Shown in pieces: positions 52,801 to 64,000 of a stretch of DNA of 64,000 nt. The stretch spans positions 12,626,828 through 12,690,827 of the forward strand of contig OZ316894.1 of NCBI GenBank assembly GCA_973895155.1, in the 5' to 3' direction. Under the pieces are notes generated by a model that made no database searches, was not told where the DNA came from, and saw only the letters and a list, made by a program, of their open reading frames with translations. Within the stretch, counting starts at the first letter, position 1. The number at the start of each line of letters is the position of its first letter. A program made the position numbers and the translations under genes. The DNA is from Marsupella aquatica (Eukaryota; Plantae; Marchantiophyta).

Positions 52801-53057
52801 ACTTCCATGCGGCTGCCACCTCGCTTACGCCCCGGCAGACCCTTTCGGGGCTCCGCCTACTCGCGGGGCGGCCCTCCGTCTCGCGCCCCACGGCTCGCGG
52901 GCTCTGGTTGTCGCATCCATTTATTAGAACTAACAAAAATTAAAAAATTTGAAAATTTGAAAATCTAAACACTTTTACTACACCTACTTGTCTTTCTACT
53001 TATATATGCAATTATAAGTCATCACTAAGGTACTACCGGGTTTGCGGCCCTGTCACA
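49863..53057 (-). mobile_element. Probable solo LTR (3195 bp) carrying a long ORF
   Basis: TGTCAC...GTCACA termini and a perfect 5-bp TSD CATAC (49858-49862 and 53058-53062). Removal reconstitutes a CAYACTTAGACAA host repeat unit also seen at ~49788 and ~53179. No internal direct repeats and no gag/pol. Strand is inferred from the ORF. Confidence 0.75.
51019..52808 (-). pseudogene. ~600-codon retrotransposon accessory-type ORF (globular N-terminus, coiled coil, basic/acidic tail), degraded
   Basis: A single frame runs from the ATG at 52808 through ORFs 51899-52630 and 51200-51847, broken by two TGA and one TAG (all compatible with C>T changes). A frameshift near the G-run at ~51286-51291 leads into the 51019 frame (PVKKKK, EEEEE). 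Confidence 0.65.
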
Positions 53058-55829
53058 CATACTTAGACAAATTTGGGTTCTAGATGTGAGAGAACATCCA
53101 TGTTGTCTTGGTTCCACACTTGGGACAAATTTTAAAGAGTGCAATAGGGACCAATGGCGAAAAGTAGAGGATTCATTGCACACTTAGACAAAAAGAACAA
53201 AAAGAAATGTCAAAATATCATGCAAACCCTGTCATAGGTTTTGTGAAGCAACCTAAAGATGAAATTCAAACCTGAAGACATGAACCATATTGCCTTCACT
53301 TAGGAACTCGCAATTCACACGACGGCCACCAGTAGTCCGTGGATCCCCCAATGGTGTAGTTTGTCATTGAACATTGTTTGGCTCTAAACTTTATAGTAGC
53401 TCTTATTGGTGATAATATCAAGCTAAAACTCCTTATAGGAGCTTAATTTACAAGAACATCCGACACAAAAGTGTCAAAGGGGGCCTAGTTTGTAACAAAA
53501 GTTTCATAAGGACCTATCACCCAAATGTGTTTTGGCAAGGGTCCCATCAAGCATATACCTCAAGGTCAGGGGTAGAGACCCAAAGACCTCCATAACAAAC
53601 GGGAATAAAAGATCCTGGGTAACGCATAGCACAAACTTCTTCCTTGAGCCCAGCAGCCCTCGCATCAGCATGGCCCGGTATATGGGCAGCTGTTGCAAAG
53701 TTGGTTCTCTTAGTAGGATCAGCGAGGTCCACACCCCAACGTCATGAAACTCACAAAGAGAAAAATCACGAAGGGCATTGTGGGCTATATCAGGGTTCAG
53801 TCTAGAATCCCAGCCAGCCTATTTCTAAAATGTTTTTTAATTTTTAGCCATGCATTGTGGCGAATGTCAGTCTTGTCGAGGGAGGAGATGCTAGGAGTTT
53901 TCATTTCATTTTTTTGGGAATAATATCCTGACGGTCAGATATCCCTAGATTTACAAACGGCTGCTAGATTCTAGCGAATGGGGTCCAGGAATTGGTGGGA
54001 AGTGGTGAATGGTATAAACAGAAACTAGCCAGTTTTTGCCAAAAGTGGCAAACAATTTTTGGGGAGTTGGAATTAGGCAAAAAATTGCACCTAAAAAAAT
54101 GCTAAACCCAGCCCAGGGAGTCCTCATGTTAAGGAAACACAGTTAGGAATAAAATTAACCAGCAAGACCTTTTGGGCATGAGATGAGATATTTCATGGAC
54201 CCCTAAATTGAAATGCCTTGGATAGATGGCACGAGACCTCATGAGCTTTTGGGTACATTGATTTGAGATCTATCAAATGTCTATGTCTCGATCACTCATG
54301 GGTCCATCAAGAAACACTTTCTATATTGGGGGCCATCAAGTATCTCTCTGGATATAGTGGAGGCCTCCAGGAATCCTTATACACTAGTAACTTTGGTTCA
54401 GGTGTTTGCGGACCCCATGAGAGGTCCCTTCCAAAATTCCTGGCACCAGAGCATGCCACGTCAACAACAACCGCAATAAACAAGACTTGTCGGTTTTGTG
54501 AATCAAACTTACAGTTTTAATTCGTGTTTGTGTCAATTTGGGTGCAAATTTTGGGAGGCCATGCCGTAAAAAAAATGTAAAAATTTAGAAATGCAAAGAG
54601 CAAGATGGGTAAAACTGTCACTATGTAACCATTTTAGTTACATATCCAATTTTAAAAATTAAATTCAAATATTTGAAAAGAATTCTTCATATAATAAAGA
54701 ATGACTAATAACTAACTTGATAACTTCCTTGTTAACGGGTAACTAGCACATGGAGTAAGATTTCCAGCCTTTTGTAATTCAGGCAAACTGCCATGGCCGG
54801 AACTTGAACTCAATGAATTGATACAATTCATTTGATCAGACATTGATCTGGTTTCAAATGGAATTACCACAAATTGACTATTGACTCTCTTGAGAATTTG
54901 GTTGCATGTAGTGAAAAGGCCTGATTTTGACAACTTCTTTTGATAAATCACGTTGTCAACTTTGGCCTGCAAAGCAAAGTATTCATGTGGTAGTTGAAAA
55001 TGTCAAACTGTTCATGCCATTGCTGAATGGGTCCAGAATGATTTTGTGAGAAAATCTATCCTACTTGTTCAACACAACATGACTACCAGCTTCCCTTCCT
55101 AATCAGACTTCTCTCTTCTCAAAGCTAGCTTTGCCCTTCTCCATTTGGTGAATAGATGCGTCAAGGTCGTGAGGCTATTAACCTCTAATTCAAAACTAGC
55201 CAAAATCAGACTTCAGTGAAATCTCTAAAATTTTCAATTATTTGAAAGTACATTGATAAATCCTCTACAAATTAACAGGGCTCAACTACTAGAAAGCTTA
55301 GGGTTAGTTGTTGAGAAAAAACAGTCTTCTCAATTGAACTTGAGAAAGTAGTTTTCTCAACTCAAAGTGCCCATGGCACTTTAGTGGTCGAATATAGTGC
55401 CATCCAATGCCCAAAATCAACTAACTAATAAAAATTGAGCCTTGGGTTTATTAATGTTCTAAAATTAGCTAAAATATCTCATATATCTTTTTAATGCCTG
55501 CTAGCAGAGCATTATAAACCATATTAGCCTCTCAAAACTCAAGCTAAAAGCACTCATTTTTTTGGTCATTATGAAGACTATTGCAAAATCACATTTGGAT
55601 GAGGTAATTTATCTTATATTTTCACTAAAATTTGTAAAACTATCTCAGCATAATGACGTGTGTTACCAGATCATTTTGGACCATAATAGACTCCCATAAC
55701 TTGAGCTAAAGCTAATATCACATATATTATTTTTACTCAAAGAAGGCCTAAAAATGTAACTAGGGGGTCCATGAACTAATTGCATGATGGACCCCCAAAA
55801 TGAAATTTGTTACTTGATAGACCCCCTAA

Positions 55830-55937
55830 GGTCTATCAATGGTACAGATCTGAGATTGAAAGGTCCATAAATGGTCCAGATACGGGGTCTATCAACGGTA
55901 CAGATCTGAGATTGAAAGGTCCATCAATGGTCCAGAT
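55830..55937 (+). repeat. 56-bp tandem duplication
   Basis: GGTCTATCAA.GGTACAGATCTGAGATTGAAAGGTCCAT.AATGGTCCAGAT occurs twice. Confidence 0.9.
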
Positions 55938-56082
55938 TGGGGAAAAGTATAAAGGGGGTTGATTAAGCAAAATTTTTCCAAAAGGGGGTCTACTAAGCAT
56001 ATCTCTGAACTTTGGTTTCATACCCAATTATGGGTAATCTTCAATGCCAATGCTGCCGGCGGGCTAGCTTTGGGCCCACTGG

Positions 56083-56117
56083 CCTCACCTCACCTCACCT
56101 CACCTCACCTCACCTCA
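56083..56117 (+). repeat. (CCTCA)7 microsatellite
   Basis: Read directly from the sequence. Confidence 0.9.
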
Positions 56118-57761
56118 GCCAGCCCAGCCCAGTGTACCTTTGAGAGTTGTTGTGCTAGAGGTGATGAATTGATGATGCTTTCATAGTTTGGCTACTTTGC
56201 CTGCTTGCTTCTCAGCCAGCCAGCGAGCCTGATTCTTTGGAGCCTGATCTTCGGAGGCCTCTTCGGAGGCCACAGGGCAAGCAAAATGCTCCGAGTCGAG
56301 GAAAGGATGGATGCTGCACTAGCTTCCACTCATCAAAAGGAAAGCAACAACAACAGACTCGCTCGCAGGCTCGCTGCATGCGGTACCCGTCTGCCTGATG
56401 AGTGCTGAGTTGCTGACCATGATAGTGCCCGATCGATCATTCGATCGATGGAGGACAGTGTCCTGTACTGTCCTGTTCTTGATTATTATTATTGTTTGTT
56501 CATTTGATTTGATTGGATTGACTTGACTCTCCTCGGCCTGCCTCTCTCTGTCGCACTTGACCTTTCGTTTCGATCCTCCTGCCCAGCCTCGCGCGATAGA
56601 CGCAGGAATTCGTCACCACGTGTGCCGCTGGCTCTGTAGCTGACCAGTAATCACGCTTTTCATACGCGCGCCCGCCCAGTCGCCGAGGAGATTCGCGAGC
56701 CAACCTCCTCGGTGCGGTGGCCTGACCAACAGCAGCACCCAGCGTTCGTCGCTCGTCGCTCGTCGGTCCGCTTTATCGAGAAAAATCTGGGACCGACCCA
56801 CGCTGCTGCTGCAGCGCTTCCGTCAGGCTTTCGAAATCAGCAGCGCTCCATTGCCGTTTGCGTCTCTGCTCCACTCTTCACCGCTGAGTGCATCTTTCCA
56901 CGATTCAGCACAGATTATTAACAATACTAATCTAACGAATCTCTTCTCGTGGCACAATTGTACTGTTTCTGCCCGACCTGTTGTACTCCAGGGGCATGTC
57001 ATGCCATGTCATGTCTATTTGGGAATTTCCTGCTAGTCCGGACGGACGACAAGGCTGGTGATGGAGAACAGGAGAACAGGAGAACACTGTTTGGTCACTG
57101 CAGTTTCAGTGAGGACGGTGCTTGATGAGTGATCATCATTCTTGAGGAGCCAAAACAGATACATGGAGCGAGAGCGTCGAAGTGCTGGGCACCGTGCAGA
57201 GGGGGAGAGAGACACGGGGAGGTCAAGAGAGTGTGTTGGGAAGGCGGGGCCCAAGGATGGGAGCGAGACCTGGGTTGGCTGGTCGAGATCATGATCGTCG
57301 GAAGAAGGAGATGCGAATGTCCAAGGGAAGGATGAGGGAGTCAGCTAAATGTTGCATGTCGTCCTTGCATCGCCTGGGTGAGGCAGAGCAAGCGAGCTAG
57401 TGAGCGTTCGAACAAAGCAGGTTATCGATGGATTGAGCTGATTGATCAATTCCAGTGTACTACCGACAGCGTGAATTTCCCTACTGAATCGTGAAGAGGA
57501 GGGCGTACTGTAGTCCATACACGCGAGATGCATAATTATCAGGATCTCTATTGGAATTCTGCAAGATAAGGGACACATATGTAGTAGTGGCAAGCCAAGC
57601 ATATCACATTCTGCGTCAGGTTTCTACCGAGACAAGATTCTGACAGTCTAGGACAACGTCTTCCAGGGGGGTGGTGGTGGTCTTGCAGCTGCTTTTCATT
57701 GGGGACAGCATCGGACGAGCTTAGGGAATATATAGGTCGTTGTGTCCGTCCTCGCCATGCC

Positions 57762-60700
57762 ATGCCCGCTGCCCACGAGCAGTTCGTGTCCATGTCCACA
57801 TCTTGCGACCAAGGTGGAGCTGTGCTGTATGTGGTCTCTCGATCAGGTAAGGTTCTAGGAAATCATGAGGAGCATTATCGTCATCGGTCCCGAAGATTTG
57901 TGGATGGTGATTACTTCGAAGGGGAATTAGAAGGGTGGATTTTCTGGGGGAGTAACAAAGGAAGTGGCTCAGGGAAGTATGATAGCGACCACCGAAGTCG
58001 ACGCCAGGATGTGGGGGGATACGTTGGCGGAAACACAAGTTTTATGGGGAAGCCTTTCGGGTCGGGTCGGGTCACTTGGTCCGCAAGAATACCGTTTGTG
58101 GAGTGGGGACGTGAAACAGATTCTATCAAGGATTTCTTCTCGTATGTTGATTGGACACAGAGCAGCTGGCCACTTGGGAGGAGCAATAGTACGACGGCCA
58201 GGAGAAGACATCATGAGGCGGGGGCGTGGGAAGGTGCAGCGGACATGGTCTTCGAATCACCTCTTCTACCTCTGAGTTTGAAAACTCATGATTTGTTTCG
58301 GTCAGAGTGGGAGCGTTGGCATCGCATGGAACAAAGCTACAAAATCGGACTCGCGCAAGTTGCCATTCTGCAAAAGTGAGTTCAGTCTCGTGTGTTTTGG
58401 TCCCTTGCATTGCTTGGCCTTGCCTGCGGTCTCTCAGACCGACACCTTGTTGACTTTCAAGCGTCGATGGAAATGCTTTCGGAGGAGTTGTTAGCCGATC
58501 GTCTCAGATGTTGTCCCTATCTGTGCGAGGTGAAAACCTCAGCACTGTTCATCTTGGGCTTACTTCGATTGTTGACCCCGCGTCTATCTCCCGATAGAAC
58601 GAGCTTCTGATAGATTGAGGCTCCCAGGGGCTTCGTCCCTTTCCAGTTCCTTTTCTGCCACCTCTACAGCACATTGTAGTCTTCGAGTTGGACAGTGGTA
58701 GTGGTTGACCTTCTACCATTCACAGGTGCTTTTCCGCTTTCACCTTATGCCGAGCTTCGATTAGGAAGGAAAGAGATTACTTTTGCTGGATATGCTCAGT
58801 TCCATGGGATTGAAGTGACCTTAGCCGAGCTCTTCTACTGTAGCCGTACGGGCTTCTGGCAGAACGCTTCGTGAATCTTTCTTCCACAGTCCGGCGACCT
58901 TGCCTTATTGAAGGATTTAGCGAAGAGTGATTTGACTTCAACATTCCCAGTGTTAACTACTGCCAATGATTTCTTTACTTATTTCACCCATTCTGTAGGA
59001 ACCGATCGATTTTAGTTCATCAGGTGTGACTTTAGCCACGGTAGGGTGCTGTTTGCCGATGTTCTACCGTTTCCTCTCGTTTGGGATTATCTGTTTTCCC
59101 GGACAACGAGGACATGCCCGTCCGAGTCGTCTCAATCCAGTGACACTGGCATGTAGGTCCGACATCGGGAGCAGATGGGAACCGGGCACAAGGGAATTAG
59201 CGGCAAGATGGGCTGCCTGGTTACTGAAGATGCTGAGGAGAACTCGTTCCCGGCCATTGCAGCATCTGCTTTTCACGATGTTGTCAGCTGTTCTGCCAGT
59301 CATCTGTTGCAGTCTAGTTCGCGAGCAATGGACTAGGGTACCCGACCAAGAGGTACTACTTTTTGTCAATAGGGTCTTTTGTGGAATGCCCATCTGGGTT
59401 GCTACTTGGTCACTGCATGGCTGTGAGCAGAAGGTGGGCTAATTTGATGTTGTCGTTTCTTCACTTCAATGCGCGATCACATATAGCAGGTCTGGATTTC
59501 ATATATCAAGATCTTCATGTCATCAGTGTATGCTCAATGTGAAGTGGACTCCAGTATTTGCCAGACCGGCTCAGCGATCCGCTGTGTATGAAACTTTTGC
59601 AGCTAATCCGCAGTGTGGATATCGTCTGGACGGCCTTAGAGAAGACCCATGCATGCTTCACACCCGCTCAGTGGGAGATATTGCACGAAAGACTCGTTAC
59701 ATGTCGGAAGATGCAATTGAAATCGGAAAGTCTTACTGGCAGATGCTCACGAGGCGCGGTGCCTATGGAAATCCAAGAGGTAAAGTAGGTCTGCGACAGC
59801 GTCTTGCTTGTCATCATCTCAACCAGATTGGATCTGGACGAGTAACTCAGGTGTGGACTTCATGGTGTGGTTTGCAGGATTGTTTGAGTGAAGAGCGGGT
59901 AAAGAGTGAAATGTTACACCCTCTTTGCAGAGCCTCTCAAGACACGTATCAAGTGTGTACCAACTCAGGAGATGAAGAGTTGAGCAATGTTTTGTTGAAA
60001 AGTGAAGGTGTCTCAGCTTTGGTAAGTCGACCGTCTACGTTAATGTCAAGGTATGGCTATACCTTCTACATGCCGATGTGCACTAAGTGGAATATCTTCC
60101 TTGGGTCCAAACGATAAGAAAACAACGCTTGGTTTGTGTTTAGGTGAAACGTGCTGTATGTGAGAAGCTTTCAGCGCGACAGGCGAGGCACATGGATGTG
60201 AATGGCTTACCCGGTTTTTCTGGTGGTCCAGGAAGGATAGGTACTTTTGAAGATGACCTTTGGCTTGATCTTGCAAAACACAATGAAGATGATCCAGATG
60301 TCATTGCGCAGAAACTCTTTGAGGTTGTTTCATGATATGTCAGGTATCAAGCTGTTGAAGTAGAGCGTTTGAAGGAAATATAAAGGTCTGGAGTGTACTT
60401 GGATCACAATGTGTTGTTGCTTAACAAATCTCTCTGTAAATATTTGCAGTTTCCCTGGTCTGTCCAATCTCAAAAAAGCGCATCAAGGTACAGCTTGTTG
60501 GATATCATCTTGCAATGTTGCTAGTCGTAGTTTCTGAACATGCATTTCTTTGTGCCTTGTTCTCTAATAGAATGGTTGCCTGGAAGGGCTTTGAATATTG
60601 TTTATTGAATTTTTGTTGGCATTCACGTTGTATCCAGGTACCAGCACGAGGAAGAGACTGCAAGCATCTTTCAAGTTTTGACCTAGCTGCTTTCCTCGAG

Positions 60701-62120
60701 GTGACGCACTCTTCTGGAATTCAGATTGACATGTTTATTACAAATGTGAAGTGCAGTTTGTAGATTACTACTGTGTCTAAGACGCATTGCCCAGTACTGA
60801 TGGATTATCTGTAATAAATGTTGGCATAATCATCCTGTAAAGTTGAGCATTGCTGCACAGAGGATCTTCCACTGTAGTAATTTACGTATTTTTCTATTTT
60901 CGTGTTCGCCCAGTAAGTGGTGATTGTACTCAGCCCATTGTGTACGAGAAATGTCGAGGCATAAGGTTTGGGCCTAATTTTCTATCGTCCTGTGACCCCT
61001 AATGGCTTAGGTTTGGGATTTTACTCTTGTTGATATTTCAGTATATGTTCGGTTTGTCAGGAACATGCGAAGGACGAGAGGCAGAGATTCGACTCTATCC
61101 ATAAACAGAAAAAGCCAAAGTTAGAAAAAGGGGCTTGGTGTTGTCCAACATGTGGAGCAGATGCAACCTGGCCCCAGATAGTAGTCGACAGAGTGCTTTT
61201 GAGGTAATTTTACCTTAGTTACTTCATCGCTAGAAGCGTATGAGTGTTTGAGAAGATACCTGGTACAATGTTGGAAGCGCACAAGTGACGATTTCGGTCG
61301 AAAATGCCGATACTTAGCTTCCGAGTAGGGCAAGTTTTTCTGATTTTTGTTTTTAGTCCTCTTATCCAGCCGTTTGACCTGTAGGATTTTGGAAGTTTTA
61401 CCGGAGCACATGCCACAGGTGTGTCTTCTGCCAAATGGAAGATGGCGCGTGGTATGGAGCCCAGTTGGGCTAGATTTGGGGCAAAATGATGCAAAGTTGA
61501 CGACTGTTGCACTTTATATTCCTTTCAAATCGACTCTTCAGGATGATATCTATGGCCTTGGACAGTCTGGCGAATTCCGGCACGATACTTTCAAATCAAT
61601 AGATCGATGCCTTGGTTATCAACAATCTTTTGGGTGCCATGAGGTGCAGATATTGCATAAAGCTTACAAAGCTTGGAAAGATGGAGTTGATCATCACCTT
61701 TCTAAAGGGAGCAATGCAGAACAGAGCAAACTGCAGTGGGGTGCCAAAAGTACAAACGCGGTCTGGATTGACGATCACAATGCCAGTACGGATATGATTG
61801 GGCGACCTTTTTCCCAGCAGCTCACCGATAGACGAGAGCCCGAAAGTAGAGTTAGAGGAGAGAATAGTGAAAGTGTTAATGGTACAAAGGCAGACTCAGG
61901 TATCGAAGTAGTTAAAAATGTAGCCAGGATGTCGGATGCTGAAACTACTGCTTCTCGAAAGATTAGAGCAGGTGAAGATGAAACGGAGATTGCGTCTGCC
62001 AGGAAGGTGATTTTGGGTGCGTCGCAGGCTCCACAGGGGATGACATCTGATTGTGATGGCGCAAAGTTGAGGATAGGCCATCACAAATCAAGACCCAAGC
62101 AGATGGCAAAGAAGATTTGA
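57762..62120 (+). CDS. SP-RING (zf-MIZ) domain protein, putative SUMO E3 ligase-like; 5' structure uncertain
   Basis: Likely exons ~57762-58375, 59157-59352, 59555-59779, 59878-60021, 60144-(60240 or 60323), 60450-60487, 60638-60700, 61061-61203, 61385-62120. More exons are possible in 58400-59030. SP-RING reads SLVCPISKKRIKVPARGRDCKHLSSFDLAAFLE...WCCPTCG...IVVDRVLLRIL...VCLLPNGRW. Confidence 0.75.
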
Positions 62121-63521
62121 TGTTTTGTGTGATCATTCCCCTTGTTGTATATTCCTCTTTAATAAGCGATTTCTCATTGGTAGGTTGCAGGTTCGAAGAT
62201 GGGACGATTCATTGTCCAGGCTCGTGACAAAGAATAGGTTCTTGAAATGTTCAATGCTTTGTGTTGGTCCATATTTAGGTAGAGGAACGTCCATTATCTT
62301 AGATCAGCTGAGGCTGATGTAAGATACAATCACCTATCGCATAGTCCAGTTCTTGCTATGATAGCGTGTCATGAGTTGTTCGTTTATTTCCTTTCTCGTT
62401 AACTATTTTTCCTTCGGAGAGAGGCAAGGCATAGTGGGTAGTCGATTACACTCCAGTCTATTACCAGTTCAGACAATAAAGTACGCGAAGATATATAATC
62501 AGGCTCCTGCCAGAGGTGGGGATTTAGCACATTACACTGACAGCGATGTTATTATATAGCACAAGGCGTTCACCAATGTGGAGCACAGTGGTCGATGTCA
62601 TGGTCTATGGCTACTGGAGTTCCTGTGTTAGACTTAGCATCGCCTGTTTCTTTTGCACCGTCACACTTGATGTGGTGGTGTTTCACTACTAATGCCTTTC
62701 TTGGGATTTGTTTTTTCAATTTTTGTGGATTTTGACAAGAAACATCGGGGTTATTTCATTCAGTCTCCGAATAGTGTCAAGGTAGTACGAGCTAGTTGTC
62801 TGAAATCACCGAGTGCTCGTTCAAATTTTTGCTTCCGGTTTGCTTAGTTTTATCCACTGACTGATTTTATCTTCTTCCAGTTAGAATTCATTTTCGCAAA
62901 TCAAAAGATTGTTTCTAAATATCTCCTTACCTTATCTATCACTAGTTTTGGATGGAGGACACACTGGGTTCTAAATCATTCTTCTCAAGTGGAATGTCTC
63001 ATAAACTCTACTGATCTCGATTGACTTTGTCGTCTCTAATTATTTTGAGCGTAATTTTGTAGTTGGGGAACCATGGCCCACTATCATTGGGACCATTCTG
63101 AAATTATTTTGAGCATAACTAAGATCTTGGGGAACCAGGGGCCTACTAACATTTGCACCAGTCCTAAATGAATTTTAGACACAAATTTCAGAAATCGAGG
63201 AACTAACACCCCTCAGGCATACAAATGAAGAGCCATTTCCTAATCGGAATATTTCTCACATTGTCTGAAACATATTGTCCGTAACCTGATTCATTGCATT
63301 GCTCGGGTATGGTGGAGTAATGGCATAATTTGCTGAGAACACCGCAACGTTTCGTAGGCGATCTGCACTCGTTACAACTGTGCCAGCAATGAACTGTTTG
63401 AGATTGTGGAGGCGGCTGTGAAAGCTTAAACTACGTTTCGATGCATGAAGGAAAATAGAAAGAATTATCATCCCAAGTTTGATACCCACAGGGGAGAGGT
63501 GCTGAGGTAGGAAAGCTTGAA

Positions 63522-63684
63522 TTAGCGCGCGATCTTTAAAACAACGAAACGAAAGTAACAGTCGCAGGAGAGTTTGGATTGCTCGTAATGCTTGAATCAC
63601 CTGATTTAGCGCGCGATCTTAAAAACAATGAAACGAAAGTAACAGTCGCAGGAAAGTTTGGATTGCTCTTAATGCTTGAATCAC
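63522..63684 (+). repeat. 84-bp tandem duplication
   Basis: TTAGCGCGCGATCTT.AAAACAA.GAAACGAAAGTAACAGTCGCAGGA.AGTTTGGATTGCTC.TAATGCTTGAATCAC occurs twice. Confidence 0.92.
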
Positions 63685-64000
63685 ACCTGTCACTAATAAA
63701 AGCCCCATTCCATGTCTCAATACTCACCATAAAGGTGGAATACTTAGCACTTGTTGTGGAGCACTTGCCAATAAAAGAGTTTTTCACTCACCACCTTATG
63801 TGCCATTCCTGAACCTGTACCCTTTAAAATGAGAGCTAGGGGTAACCCCTAACCAAAGAGTAGGGGCAGTGATTTAACAAAGACATACAATTATTATTAT
63901 TATTATTTACTACTTGATCAGTACTCCTTTAACTAACAAGGAGTCTCTTTAAACGAGACCCAAGGTTCTGAAAACAAATTAATTTTTTAAATCCAGTAAC

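Larger units (their letters stand above)
48734..53561. mobile_element. Non-autonomous Mutator-like element (MULE) containing nested insertions
   Basis: TIR GAGGTATATGCTTGATGGGACCCTTGCCAAAACA is identical for 34 bp and similar over ~90 bp at both ends. The 9-bp TSD is AAGTTCAGG (48725-48733) / AAGGTCAGG (53562-53570). Confidence 0.88.

Noticed and set aside
59530-60117. 195-aa ORF as a single exon
   Set aside because: Splice phases favour the 59555-59779 exon in a different frame. Only 59878-60021 of this ORF appears to be coding.

Overview
This is eukaryotic, intron-rich plant genomic DNA, probably from a non-seed land plant given the canonical LC8 and the general gene style (inference). It holds four + strand host genes: a CAT9-like cationic amino acid transporter (2511-7076, with one GC-AG intron), a B-type cyclin with a D-box and MSA-like promoter elements (13437-15576), a canonical dynein light chain LC8 (21225-22694), and an atypical SP-RING/zf-MIZ protein (~57762-62120). 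The middle is a transposon nest that can be resolved from TIRs and TSDs. A pogo/Tigger-type transposase pseudogene is split by two MITEs of one 8-bp-TSD family, and one MITE holds a deleted Ty3/gypsy element (31951-36387, TSD CACAC). A Mutator-like element (48734-53561, 9-bp TSD) contains a CACTG-ended MITE and a 3.2-kb solo-LTR-like element (49863-53057, TSD CATAC). The most notable signal is that both LTR elements appear to carry protein-coding genes inside the LTR itself: an RPA70-C/OB-fold-like ORF plus a 106-aa ORF in one, and a ~600-codon coiled-coil ORF in the other. All calls were made by eye, and no database searches were run.
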